Origin: an uncultured Gammaproteobacteria bacterium
Lineage (GTDB): Bacteria; Pseudomonadota; Gammaproteobacteria; Eutrophobiales; Eutrophobiaceae
Assembly (NCBI GenBank): GCA_951812995.1
Contig: CATOTD010000003.1
Span: forward strand, 331,288 to 395,287
Direction: 5' to 3'
DNA: 64,000 bases
Shown: one piece after another, positions 9,701 through 19,858 of the stretch
Layout: every line of letters starts with the position of its first letter
Position numbering within the stretch: position 1 is the stretch's first letter
Notes under the pieces: model-generated
Seen by the model: the letters and a program-made list of their open reading frames with translations, nothing else
What the model was told of the DNA's origin: nothing
Database searches by the model: none
Made by a program: the position numbers and the translations under genes

Positions 9701-12700
9701 GGTATAATCAAAAGGTGCCAAAGCCTGTTCCACAATTGAATCGGCCGCCGAGTCTTGCGTCACGGCATAGGCACCACCACGGATACCGCTATAAAAAGTA
9801 ACGTTCCGAGGTGGTGTAGTAGCAAAGAGATGTAAGTCTCGATATTCCTTTGCAACGGGTTTTACCACTTCACAATGGACTGTTGTCACACCCGCAAGCG
9901 GATGATATTGCGCGGCAAGTTCTTTGACGGCCGTATGCAATGCTTTACGATCACCGCCTATGACGCATTCATGCGGGGTATTGATGATCAGTAAATAGAC
10001 GTGTTCATGATGCGCTAATACAGTTTCGACTTTATCAGCACTGGTGTTGATGACACCCACAGCCCAATCAACCGGTGCCTCCGAACCCCATACTTTTTGT
10101 ACGGCTGTACACGGGCCGGCAAGTTTTTCAGTAAATAGGGTACTTGCCTGTATTCTCTTCATCATCTCATCGCGTGCAGTCCAGGTACGTGTCGAGAAGA
10201 GGCCGACCGTCTCGCCTAAACTGTAACCAATAACGGCATCAGGTTTGATGCCAAAATGACTCACAACATCACTCACAAACGTACCTAAGCAAACCTGACC
10301 AAAGATAAGTGCTTCATGGGTTAAGGTTTTATCCTCTTCTATTTCCCAAAATCGACCCTTTGCAAATTGGGAAGCTAATGTTTCGTTTTCTGCATCAAGT
10401 TTTTTCAGCACCTCGGGAAAAGCAATGCTCAATTCCTGGCCCATACCCCAAAAGTGATTGCCTGATCCAGGATAGACAAATGCGATCTTACCTTTATTGG
10501 CTAACGGATCAGTTGTATAAAAACATTTTTCATTATTGCATGATGTATTGTTTTTTATGGCGATGAGGGCCTCATCAATGGCTGTTTTCAATTCAATGTC
10601 ATCTTTTGCCAGAAATGCAATGCGGAATGGATTGTTTTTTTTATCTTGAACAAACTTAATATCAAAAGCTAAGGTTTTCAGTTTACGCACAAGCGACGCT
10701 AAATCTGTAGCGGAGACAGTAAACAACCTTGCTGTCGGCAGCTTCGATATTGGTTGCATATCACCTTCTTGCAACACAACGCTGACACTATTCCCATCAA
10801 GGCTCGTCGCATTGACCAGACTCCGACGTGGCCCTTGTATTTTATCCTTTAACCAAAAACGCGCGTTGGATTCGTGTGCTTTAGGGCGTATGTGATGATG
10901 CAATGCGCTAACAGCACCGGCAACACTCATAAGACCCGTCGCCGCGCCAACATGACCGAGTTGAAAATGATTTGTTTTTATATTTTCAAGAATTGATATA
11001 TCAGATAAGTGTTCGCTTGCTGTTGAAAATGAAATCTGATCAATGTCATTTAAGTGTATCTGCGCATCGGAACAGGCATTTTCCATAGCCGCCATCTGTG
11101 CAGATTGTGTAACGCCCGATTCATTACATCCAGCAAAAGCTGCACCAAACCCTTTGATAACAGAATACACTTGGTCATCATCACGTAGCGCATCTTCATG
11201 GCGTTTTAATATAAAAGCAGTTGCGCCATCGGCGATGGTTGATTGCGGGTAATGTTCAATATGACCTTTGACGGCTCTTAAATCACTGGCGAGATCGACG
11301 GCACCCACAATGACTTGATCCAGTTCATTTTTTTGTAAGGCACGCAGGCCTAACTCTAAAGCACGCAACCCCGAAGTGTCTTCGGCAGAGACAGTAAATG
11401 ACGGCCCGCCAATGCGAAAGGTACGTGCAATGCGGCTTGCAACAGCACCACCCAAGGCACCCATAGTGCGGTTTGCATTTAATGCCGGGCCACTGGCTGC
11501 ACGTAGATGCGCTATCCATTCGTTTAATTCATTGTCATACAGATGTATACCGAGGTCTTGCAACCATGCACGCGCATATTTTTTCTGCATCCAACGGAAA
11601 TGAAAGTTGGTCGTATTTAAGTCCAGCGCGATGCCAATGAATACGCCAGTGCGACATTGTTGCTCTGTCGTGAGTTCTGAAAGCCCAGCATTTTCTAGTG
11701 CATTCGCCGCGACTTCCAGCATCAATAGTTGTTGTGGCAACATCTCTTTTAATTCTGCTGGCGGGATCCGATAACGCCCCAATGGCACGTTCACTGCATC
11801 TATCACATAAGCCTTGCAATCATTACGCTTTGTACCCCACTCGTGCTCGGGTTGCGTGGGCGATGTATCTGCACCAAACAGGACCGCTGCAGCAAACGCC
11901 CGCTGATCATGCCATGGCCCAAGGCGAGTCGCCATACCGACTATCGCTATATCTTGATAGACTGGTCTAAGATTGACCGTAGCAGGCGGGTCATGTATTT
12001 CTTTTGCATACGCCTGTAACAAGACATGCGCGTTGATACCGCCAAACCCAAAACCACTCAGCGCGGCCCGCCGCGGCTCACCCGCTTCCACATCCCATGC
12101 TTCAGGCTGCGTTAATACCTTGAATGGACTATTGTGCAGATCTATTTTATCTGCGGGTGATGTATAATTTGCGGTCGGTGGCAAGATGCCATGTTTCATC
12201 GCCAACAATGTTTTCATCAAGGCCGCAGCACCCGCGGCCGTTAATAAATGACCCACATTACTTTTGACTGATCCAATAACACACTCGCCTTCTGCACCAT
12301 GCTGTTGCCAGATATTATTTAATGATCTGAACTCCACAGCATCACCCACAGGTGTGCCAGTACCATGGCATTCAATATGCTGCACCTGATGGGGTGACCA
12401 ACCGGCATTCGCATAGGCCGATTGCATTGCGCGGACCTGCCCTTCTGTATCGGGGGCCATGATAGTACCCGCAATATCATTCGCAAGACCTATCCCGGCT
12501 ATCGTGGCATAGATATGATCACCATGCACTATGGCATCTTCTAAACGCTTAAGGACAAATATGCCCGCCCCTTCGCCAACAACAAGGCCGTCTGCCTTGC
12601 TGTCAAATGGAGCACATTGACCCGACTTTGAAATGGCGTTAAGTTGTGAAAAGCCCATCTGGGTATAGAGGCAATCTGGCCGTGATACACCACCCGTCAG

Positions 12701-13330
12701 CATTGCATCTGCACGACCAGATACTAATTCATCAACGGCATATTTCAATGCGTAGAATGATGCCGCACAAGCTGCATCCAGGGTATAGGTGCCGGCACCA
12801 AGCCCCAATGCCTTAGCTAATAAACCCGCCGGTAAGCCCGCCACATAACGATTGAGGGAGTCGGTGTGTTTTAATGCGTCTGCGGCAGTAATATTCAACT
12901 GTGCTTCAAATAGTCTTTTTAATTGTGCATCACTAAAAAGAGAGGATGATTCTGTTGGCAAGACAATATTGCCAATGATGATACCCACACGTTCTTTATT
13001 GATTTTATCGGTATTCGCATCAACCCAGGCATTTTGCCCGGCCTGCAATAATATTTGATACATCGGATCTAACCTAAGCAATAAATCTGGCGCAACATTA
13101 AACCCCTCAGGGTCGAAGTTAAAATCCTGGATCAAACAGGCACGACGAGAATTGACTTTATCGGGTGCTAATTCATTAGCATACAAATCATCTGGATCTA
13201 AACGCCAACGATCAGCACCCACATCTATTGCAGCATCTTTGGCAGCCAAAATATTGTGCCAAAATTCATCAAGATCGCGTGCACCTGGAAACACACCACC
13301 CATACCAACGATTGCAATTTTTTTTGTCAT
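6740..13330 (-). CDS. pfaC: PfaC/PfaB-like multidomain PUFA-type synthase subunit: KS-CLF-AT-DH(FabA-like)x2
   Basis: 2196 aa. The domains are KS (LDAACAASFYAL, ECHGTGTPVGD, GSVKSNVGH) and a second KS-like domain lacking the Cys (TVSAEDTSG). They are followed by AT (FVYPGSGNHFWGMG, GYSLGE) and two FabA-type dehydratase motifs (HFVDDRVMPGTL, HFHQDPVWPGSL). Confidence 0.85.
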   Translation of the reverse strand: MTKKIAIVGMGGVFPGARDLDEFWHNILAAKDAAIDVGADRWRLDPDDLYANELAPDKVNSRRACLIQDFNFDPEGFNVAPDLLLRLDPMYQILLQAGQNAWVDANTDKINKERVGIIIGNIVLPTESSSLFSDAQLKRLFEAQLNITAADALKHTDSLNRYVAGLPAGLLAKALGLGAGTYTLDAACAASFYALKYAVDELVSGRADAMLTGGVSRPDCLYTQMGFSQLNAISKSGQCAPFDSKADGLVVGEGAGIFVLKRLEDAIVHGDHIYATIAGIGLANDIAGTIMAPDTEGQVRAMQSAYANAGWSPHQVQHIECHGTGTPVGDAVEFRSLNNIWQQHGAEGECVIGSVKSNVGHLLTAAGAAALMKTLLAMKHGILPPTANYTSPADKIDLHNSPFKVLTQPEAWDVEAGEPRRAALSGFGFGGINAHVLLQAYAKEIHDPPATVNLRPVYQDIAIVGMATRLGPWHDQRAFAAAVLFGADTSPTQPEHEWGTKRNDCKAYVIDAVNVPLGRYRIPPAELKEMLPQQLLMLEVAANALENAGLSELTTEQQCRTGVFIGIALDLNTTNFHFRWMQKKYARAWLQDLGIHLYDNELNEWIAHLRAASGPALNANRTMGALGGAVASRIARTFRIGGPSFTVSAEDTSGLRALELGLRALQKNELDQVIVGAVDLASDLRAVKGHIEHYPQSTIADGATAFILKRHEDALRDDDQVYSVIKGFGAAFAGCNESGVTQSAQMAAMENACSDAQIHLNDIDQISFSTASEHLSDISILENIKTNHFQLGHVGAATGLMSVAGAVSALHHHIRPKAHESNARFWLKDKIQGPRRSLVNATSLDGNSVSVVLQEGDMQPISKLPTARLFTVSATDLASLVRKLKTLAFDIKFVQDKKNNPFRIAFLAKDDIELKTAIDEALIAIKNNTSCNNEKCFYTTDPLANKGKIAFVYPGSGNHFWGMGQELSIAFPEVLKKLDAENETLASQFAKGRFWEIEEDKTLTHEALIFGQVCLGTFVSDVVSHFGIKPDAVIGYSLGETVGLFSTRTWTARDEMMKRIQASTLFTEKLAGPCTAVQKVWGSEAPVDWAVGVINTSADKVETVLAHHEHVYLLIINTPHECVIGGDRKALHTAVKELAAQYHPLAGVTTVHCEVVKPVAKEYRDLHLFATTPPRNVTFYSGIRGGAYAVTQDSAADSIVEQALAPFDYTKVIQSAYADGVRLFIEMGPGESCTRMIDQILGQNAAGGAYFAKALCVKGQDSVDNILALLARLYAEGVAIDLSQLDRTEEIPGEKYKSHVSIKTGGDPCKVPLPRTTRQKESTVIELNSKQSKADIIEQQDISSLPMVENGDLQPMIQQMQRSEIAHAKTQETFLRVSQGMTKTLEQALYMQLQLIAGGNIEMPIALTIQEQCQINKATDCQFNRAACLEFATGSIGKLLGERFADIDQYPSRVRLPDEPLMLVDRILEVHGKADGLTDDWTANGRVMTEHDILPAAWYLDLGRIPTCIAVEAGQADLFLTGYLGIDHITKGLAVYRLLDACITFHGSLPTAGQKIRYDIHIEHFFRQGDTWLFRFNFVGTVNGQTLLTMSNGCAGFFTRQVLDAGQGLVLTRMEKQSAPGTRTKDWRQLVAMRVESYNDEQLNALRTGDLAACFGKNFAHTGLTNLVGLPAGRMTLVHRILKLDPDGGRFGIGQITGEADIRPDDWFLICHFVDDRVMPGTLMYECCLHTLRVYLLRMGWIGTTDEFIYEPVIDQISQLKCRGQITEKTKAVQYEITLKEIGYLENGTPYVLAEALIYGDHRAIVQIKNMSVQLSGLQRERLEARWANQAKTKQILFDNDSILAFAVGKPSAAFGDRYKVFDSDRRIARLPGPPYKFIDHVTAIKDCEPWVMQAGGVIEAEYDVPADAWYFTEDNQPYMPFAVLLEVALQPCGWLAAYLGSALSSATDLSFRNLGGKATQYLMVQPDIGTLSTVVKITNVSQSGDMIIQNFDYAIYSDLGMVYKGDTYFGFFSHATLAEQVGIRGAAPYQANTEERASGRSCAYPTTAPMPADMMRMIDEISLQVPDGGPNGLGFIEGIAHVKKEAWFFKAHFHQDPVWPGSLGLESCLQLLKVFAVSRWQDALTTGEVAFESMARNQTHEWIYRGQILPVDDTVLVQAVITAIDDQTRTLKADGFLTVDGRIIYQMKDFALRIT

Positions 13331-13369
13331 TACATTATGGGTTGATAACGGTTAGGGGAAAAATGTTAC

Positions 13370-16300
13370 TCAGGCTTTAAGGCTTAAATTATTTTCCTTG
13401 AAGGCTAGATGCAATGCGCTATCACGCACGCATTCATACCCTTCCATTAATGCAAGTATATGATCTTCATTTTTAAGAAACTCAATTGTTGCGCGGGCTC
13501 GATGATCAGTGTGTTCGACTACTTCAGCAATAACCTTGGCACCCTCTTTTGGAAAATTTCGTTCATATTGACGATAATGGGCAATGGCCGTTGGGAGTGA
13601 ACCAATGCCTTGCTGTGCAAAGCTCCACAAGATCATTAACTGAAATGCCGAGTCCAGTATGAGTGGGTCCGACAACCAACTTGAACGCACAGGTTTCCTC
13701 ATCCACGTCGTGGCAGACGGTGCGGCATTTACATTGGCAACAATACCTGCATCACTGCAAGCTAAAACTTCTCGAATGCCCTGTAAGTGCGGCCCATGAA
13801 ATAATTGCCCATTTTGATAATACGCACCCTTCTTGTATGGATATATCCCTTTTACGCCGACCAATGTTGGCGATACAATTTTTTCATGCGACTCTGTCAG
13901 AACCATTATCGCACGCGCGTGTAACACATCATCAGAGCGTAACTCAACGGGAACAAACGCAATATCTTCTTTTTGTATCATGGTGCCAGCTAGGATTCGA
14001 CACTGTATATTATCATCGGCTTTTAAGGTAATACCTTTTAGTAAACGGAAATCATCAAAGCCATGAAACTGCATCCCCGGGTTCAGATGCAAGGCACCAT
14101 GTGCAAACCATTCAATGATGACAGCAACCGGTAATACGGCTTGGCCATTCATGATATGTGAGTTCAAAAAGTCGTGCGAACTAACGGACAGACTGCGGGC
14201 AAACGCTAATACCAAGTCACTACCTGCGGCTGTCGGTATGGCACTATGCAATGGTATTGATGTTAGTGTATTGTGTGATTCGCCGAAGACGACAGTTTCA
14301 ACCGGCCCCTCTGATTCTATTTCATGTATTAGATAATCTGCGCCCGCATGCAAGTCGATAACACCAACGCCCTCTTCGGCAAATACTTTTTTCAAGGCAG
14401 GCGTGACCATGCCACCATCCCATGGCCCCCAGTTGACAGACAAGACCTTGCATCCTTTTCTTTGCTGGTTTTCAAATTGGGCAATCTTATTTAAGACTTC
14501 ATTGGCAGCGGCATAAGCAACCTGACCTTTCCTGCCAAAACGTGCCGTGGTTGATGAAAACAACACCATCAATTTCAATTCATCAGCGCTGGTTGCTGAC
14601 AACAAATTTTGTAATCCATCTACTTTGGTAGCATAAACTTGATTAAACTGCTCTGCCGTTTTATCTTCTATCAGTCGATCAGCAAGCACACCTGCGGCAT
14701 GAATAATGCCGACTACATTGCCCAACGCAATGCGTGCCCTGGCAATCGCACTCGCTACGGCATCCGTATTTGTTACATCAACGGCTACGTATTGGACTTT
14801 AACACCGGTTTGCTCTATTCGTTCCAGCGAACTTTTTAGCTCACGATTAGCCAGGATTGATCGATAACGTTTCTCCAAATCTGCCGGCCTTGGTTTTTTT
14901 TCTGCATTATCAAGGATTGCTTTTTTTATACTGGCCGCATCCGTTAGTGGCAATAACCAGTCTGGTTCAATGGTGGGTGCTGGGCTACGTCCTAGTAACA
15001 GTAAATTACATTTATAGGTCTTGGCTATTTTGATGCCGACCGCAACCGTTACGCCGCGCGCACCACCTGAGATAACGATCAGATCTTCTTGATTAAGCAG
15101 TGTGTACTCGGGTTGTTTATTATGCGCTAATGCTTCTGCTTGTAATGATGCGCACATGATCTGATCATTGATCAAACCCACCTCCAGCGGCCCGTTAAGA
15201 AAAAATTCTTTTTGCAGTGTTGCAAGAGAGAGTGCATCAGGTGCTACATCAATGCACTTGCAGTTGACATCTGGCCATTCTTTATCGGCCGTTTTTATCA
15301 TGCCATGAAAGCCCGCTTGCATCGGCGTACCCGTTAAGCTGTCGGCAAAGCCAAAACGACCGCCTAAACGAGTAATTGCAACCAGAATCCCTTTCGATTT
15401 TTTGAGTGCGCCACTGCACGCTTGTAATAAGCCAAGGGTGTCAAGTAAGCATTGTTTATCTGGATTATCGCCGACACAAATAATCAAACCGCCCAGGTTG
15501 CTATCGGGTTTTTCATTATGGGCGACTAAACGGGTTTTATAATCATTATGTTTTAATGCTTCTGCCAATTGCCTTGCTAATTGTCCACCAGATCGGGTTA
15601 GCCAGATTTCTTTATCTTTATTAAATGCAATTTTATTGCGTTGCGCTTCCTGTTCAAGTTCAGTCATACGCACAACATGGCGTATAATCTTTGATTTTTT
15701 TTCAGGTTTAATTTCTTTAGTGGCGACCTTGTTTTCTAAAGTCGTGATGGAAGTTGCGGCACCCATTTTTTCATTCATATACACAACAATTTGTTGCAGG
15801 GTTTGTAATGCCGCAAGATCGTCCGCCGCCATCGTTGGCAGGTTTGGCATTTTGTCTTGTAATGCCGATAAGATCTCAACACGCTTGATAGAATCGATAC
15901 CCAGATCGTTGTCCAACTGCATGTCAAGATCCAACATGGCAACGGGATAACCGGTTTTATCCGCTACAACTTCAAGTAGCATTTCTGATAGCTGTGCAAC
16001 AGGTTGTGCATTCACTGCAACCACATCAGCAGCATTAAATACAGCCACTATTGATTGCAGCGTTTGCAAGGCCGTCATGTCATCAGGGTTAAGTGCGGGT
16101 AGTTCAGGCACGACTGTTTGTAATGCCGATAAGATTTCAACACGTTTGATTGAATCAATGCCCAGATCACTATCGAGGTTCATATTCAGATCCAGCATCG
16201 CAATCGGATAACCCGTTTTCTCTGATACGATTTCCAATAATATTTTTTCAAAGTCGTGAGTTGTGGCCGTCGATTCTGTCGCAGTCGCTAACGGTGGTGT

Positions 16301-19300
16301 GTCTGTTGGCGCAACAATCAATCGGCTCGCAACAATAAATTCAACAATATGTTGCAGTAACTGAAATGTGCCCAATTCTTCGGGACTCACCGCCGCCAGC
16401 CACGGCAATTTTTCTTGTAGCGCAGAGAGTATTTCAACGCGCTTGATTGAATCGATACCCAGATCAGTATCCAGACTCATTTCCAGACTAAGCATTTCTA
16501 TTGGATAACCGGTTTTTTCAGACACCACATTCAGCAACAGATTGTTGATATCAATAGCAGGCTGTTGATTGATTACGGGGGTCGCTTGCTTTGTATCAGT
16601 GATTTCTTTTATGACGGATTTCGCAACAGATGCGGTGGCAAGGCTTTTCTGCACAGCCTCATTCAATTCAACTTGCTGTATTGCCGGTTGCATTGGGGGC
16701 TGTTGCGTTTGTTGTTGGGGTGCCTGCTGTACCAAGGGCGGCGCTGACATCAGGCGTTGCTGCTGCGCTAACAAAGACTGGATAGACTGTTGTGCCGCTT
16801 CTTGTCCGGCAAGATATTGTTGTTGTAAGTGCGCTGTTTGTTCCTGCATTTTTTGTAATGCCAGGATGCTTTCCTGAGTCGCCCGCAATAGCTGATTATT
16901 TTCTTGTACTGTAGTCTTGGCGACAGTGTTATGCGTTTTTATGGCGGCTACTTTATTGGACTCGTGCACGGTTTTTTTTTCAGGTTTACCAGTGGGTGGT
17001 CGCTGTTCGCGTGGTAGCCTCACATTGGCACCACTGATTGCGATTGTCATGGCCGGATGCGGCTCTTGCTCGGGTCTTGCAAGCCGCAAACAACTTGCAT
17101 CCCACTTTGTTAGGTCAACTTGATGGCCTTTTGCCGCGAGAGTTGACAAGGCCATGGCCAAATCGTATTGCCCCGATTGCTTGCCGACTGAAGCATCAAT
17201 AGCAATGTTGGTTATATTTTTATCATGCAGTATTGAACCAATCAGCTTCGTTAATGTTTTGCCAGGCCCTACCTCAATGAAAGTATGAATACCCGCGGCA
17301 TAAATTTTTTCCACTTGTTCGACAAAACGAACGGGCGCACCCAACTGCTGTGCAAGTAGTTCTTTTACTTTGACGGCCGCTTGCGGATAAGCATCAGTGG
17401 TTGTATTTGAAAATACCGGATAAGTATTTTCAGAAAATTCAAATGTTGCCAGTGCCTCGGCAAAAGGTTTGATCGCGGCCGTAACAAAAGGACTATGGAA
17501 GGCAGCAGCAACCGGTAATTTTATAGCGCGTATTTTTTCTGCTTTGGCAATTTTGGCAAAACTGTCGATATGATCTGACGCACCCGATAAGACGACTTGA
17601 TTCGGTGCATTATGATTCGCTATAACAAGTTCGATGGCATGTTTTTTTAATAAACAATCAACTTGTGCATACGATGTGACCACCGCCAACATTGAACCAC
17701 GGTCGCCTTTACCTGCCGCCATTAATTCGCCACGCACGCGTGACAAGCGATATAAGGTGTCGGTATTGTAATAGCCTGCCGCTGACAGTGCGGCTAACTC
17801 ACCATAGCTGTGGCCGATGCCAGCACTCGGCACAATGCTAAAATGATCCAAGATATGCAATATACCCATGCTGACTGCGCCTATCGCTGGTTGTGCATTT
17901 TGTGTTTGGCGCAATATAGCTTCCTGTTTTTTTGCCGCCGCTTTGGAAAACACGGGAACAGGATATAAGACATCCAGCAAACTTTGCTTACCGGTCGCTG
18001 CAATAAACGTGTGATTCGCTGCCTCCAACGCACTTAAAAACTGCGGAAACTGGCACGCCAGATCGCGACACATACCCACATATTGCGCACCTTGTCCAGG
18101 AAAGACAAAGGCAATTTTGTTATTTTCATCTCCAGCACTGTATGTAACCCCGTTTGGCTGTTGCCACGCAGTCTCTGCTGAAGCATTTAATTGTTGTTTG
18201 ATATCTGCTTGCAGTTTTTGCAAGTCTACCTTTGTTTTCTCGACAACAATCGTCAAGCGATGCGCTGCTGAAGGTGCAAATACCTGACAGGAATCATAGG
18301 CAAAAAATCGGAGCTTGTTCCATGAGTCCAATACGGAGGCATCTGGTAACTGTTTAATCAACGCCGCTTTAGAATCAGCACTGAGTGCGATAATCAATAC
18401 CTGCCCATCCCATTCGATATCTGTTTTCGTCTGCTCTGCTTCTTCCAATACACAGTGAAAATTACTGCCGCCAAACCCAAAAGCACTTAATGCCGCACGA
18501 CGTGGCGTTGTTTGTGTTTTTAACCAGGGGCGTTTAATTGAATTAAGATAGATCGGTGCTGTGCCGGGATTGATGATCTCTAAGGGCTCGTCGACCTTGA
18601 TGCTTGGTGGCAAGACTTTATGTTTTAATGCCATTGCGGTCTTGATAAGTCCAGCCACACCTGCTGCGGCCTTGGTATGCCCAATCATGGACTTTACTGA
18701 TCCGACAGCGCACCAGGTTTCGTCTTGATTATCCTGACGATATACATCTGCTAATGCTGTGGCCTCAACCGCATCACCGACTGCTGTGCCAGTGCCGTGT
18801 GCTTCGACTAGCTCGATACTCCGCGGCCTTACATCCGCTGCATGATAGGCGCACCACAAGGCCCGGGTTTGTCCTTCGGCACTCGGTGCATAGATCGCGT
18901 TGCCTTTGCCGTCGGATGAGGATCCGATACCACGCAATACAGCATAGACCTTATCGCCATCGTGCAACGCATCATCCAATCGTTTTAAGATAACCGCACC
19001 TAGACCTTCGCCAAGCACAGTGCCATCGCCTTCTTTTGCGAATGGACGACTGTTCCCCGTTGGTGATAACGCCGGTGTCTTGCTAAAACACATATACATG
19101 AAAATATCGTTGAAGGTGTCCATGCCGCCGGTAATGGCCATATCAGCACGACCAGCATGGAGCTCTAATGCCGCAAGATGGATGGCACTGAGTGAGCTGG
19201 CGCAAGCCGCATCAACCACACAGTTGGTACCACCCAGATCAAATCGATTGGCAATACGACCGGCCGTTACATTACCCAACAAACCGGGAAATGAATTTTC

Positions 19301-19855
19301 TTGCCAGGGCACGTAAGCATCGGCGATACCTTGTACGACCGCTTCCGTTGTCACCGGATCAACCCCTGCATCAGTCAAGGCTTTACGCCAGATGGGATGA
19401 CCGAGTCTTGCACCCAATGGAATAACAAGCTCCAAAGTGCCCGTAACACCCAAGATAACACTGGTACGATCACGATCGAATGCACGACCATCACCCGCAT
19501 CTTTAGCGGTGGCGTAGCCCGCATCAAGTAATGCCTGGCGCGCAACCACCATGCCTAATAACTGCGTTGTATCTGTCGCTTCAATATTGTTGGGGCTCAT
19601 GCCGTATAACAAGGGATTAAAATCAACCGCATTAATAAAGCCGCCGCGTTTGCCATACGTCATATCTGGCGACAATTTATCTTCGTCAAAATAATCCGCC
19701 GGATCCCAGTGTGTTGCAGGTATGGCCGTTATCGCATCCACACCTTCACGAATATTGGCCCAATATTCTTCAGCGTTATCTGCTTTAGGAAAGAGGCAAC
19801 CAATACCGACTATTGCGAGCGGACGCTGCGCGTGTTCATTTTTGTTTTTTGCCAT
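13370..19855 (-). CDS. pfaA: PfaA-like multidomain PUFA-type synthase subunit: KS-MAT-ACPx3-KR-DH
   Basis: 2161 aa. The domains are KS (VVDAACASSL, EAHGTGT, GSVKSMIGH), MAT (FVFPGQGAQYVGM, GHSYGE) and a Q-rich linker. Three tandem ACPs follow, each with LGIDSIKRVEILSAL. The protein ends with KR (ISGGARGVT) and a C-terminal PKS-type DH (HIMNGQAVLPVA). Confidence 0.9.
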   Translation of the reverse strand: MAKNKNEHAQRPLAIVGIGCLFPKADNAEEYWANIREGVDAITAIPATHWDPADYFDEDKLSPDMTYGKRGGFINAVDFNPLLYGMSPNNIEATDTTQLLGMVVARQALLDAGYATAKDAGDGRAFDRDRTSVILGVTGTLELVIPLGARLGHPIWRKALTDAGVDPVTTEAVVQGIADAYVPWQENSFPGLLGNVTAGRIANRFDLGGTNCVVDAACASSLSAIHLAALELHAGRADMAITGGMDTFNDIFMYMCFSKTPALSPTGNSRPFAKEGDGTVLGEGLGAVILKRLDDALHDGDKVYAVLRGIGSSSDGKGNAIYAPSAEGQTRALWCAYHAADVRPRSIELVEAHGTGTAVGDAVEATALADVYRQDNQDETWCAVGSVKSMIGHTKAAAGVAGLIKTAMALKHKVLPPSIKVDEPLEIINPGTAPIYLNSIKRPWLKTQTTPRRAALSAFGFGGSNFHCVLEEAEQTKTDIEWDGQVLIIALSADSKAALIKQLPDASVLDSWNKLRFFAYDSCQVFAPSAAHRLTIVVEKTKVDLQKLQADIKQQLNASAETAWQQPNGVTYSAGDENNKIAFVFPGQGAQYVGMCRDLACQFPQFLSALEAANHTFIAATGKQSLLDVLYPVPVFSKAAAKKQEAILRQTQNAQPAIGAVSMGILHILDHFSIVPSAGIGHSYGELAALSAAGYYNTDTLYRLSRVRGELMAAGKGDRGSMLAVVTSYAQVDCLLKKHAIELVIANHNAPNQVVLSGASDHIDSFAKIAKAEKIRAIKLPVAAAFHSPFVTAAIKPFAEALATFEFSENTYPVFSNTTTDAYPQAAVKVKELLAQQLGAPVRFVEQVEKIYAAGIHTFIEVGPGKTLTKLIGSILHDKNITNIAIDASVGKQSGQYDLAMALSTLAAKGHQVDLTKWDASCLRLARPEQEPHPAMTIAISGANVRLPREQRPPTGKPEKKTVHESNKVAAIKTHNTVAKTTVQENNQLLRATQESILALQKMQEQTAHLQQQYLAGQEAAQQSIQSLLAQQQRLMSAPPLVQQAPQQQTQQPPMQPAIQQVELNEAVQKSLATASVAKSVIKEITDTKQATPVINQQPAIDINNLLLNVVSEKTGYPIEMLSLEMSLDTDLGIDSIKRVEILSALQEKLPWLAAVSPEELGTFQLLQHIVEFIVASRLIVAPTDTPPLATATESTATTHDFEKILLEIVSEKTGYPIAMLDLNMNLDSDLGIDSIKRVEILSALQTVVPELPALNPDDMTALQTLQSIVAVFNAADVVAVNAQPVAQLSEMLLEVVADKTGYPVAMLDLDMQLDNDLGIDSIKRVEILSALQDKMPNLPTMAADDLAALQTLQQIVVYMNEKMGAATSITTLENKVATKEIKPEKKSKIIRHVVRMTELEQEAQRNKIAFNKDKEIWLTRSGGQLARQLAEALKHNDYKTRLVAHNEKPDSNLGGLIICVGDNPDKQCLLDTLGLLQACSGALKKSKGILVAITRLGGRFGFADSLTGTPMQAGFHGMIKTADKEWPDVNCKCIDVAPDALSLATLQKEFFLNGPLEVGLINDQIMCASLQAEALAHNKQPEYTLLNQEDLIVISGGARGVTVAVGIKIAKTYKCNLLLLGRSPAPTIEPDWLLPLTDAASIKKAILDNAEKKPRPADLEKRYRSILANRELKSSLERIEQTGVKVQYVAVDVTNTDAVASAIARARIALGNVVGIIHAAGVLADRLIEDKTAEQFNQVYATKVDGLQNLLSATSADELKLMVLFSSTTARFGRKGQVAYAAANEVLNKIAQFENQQRKGCKVLSVNWGPWDGGMVTPALKKVFAEEGVGVIDLHAGADYLIHEIESEGPVETVVFGESHNTLTSIPLHSAIPTAAGSDLVLAFARSLSVSSHDFLNSHIMNGQAVLPVAVIIEWFAHGALHLNPGMQFHGFDDFRLLKGITLKADDNIQCRILAGTMIQKEDIAFVPVELRSDDVLHARAIMVLTESHEKIVSPTLVGVKGIYPYKKGAYYQNGQLFHGPHLQGIREVLACSDAGIVANVNAAPSATTWMRKPVRSSWLSDPLILDSAFQLMILWSFAQQGIGSLPTAIAHYRQYERNFPKEGAKVIAEVVEHTDHRARATIEFLKNEDHILALMEGYECVRDSALHLAFKENNLSLKA

Positions 19856-19858
19856 AAA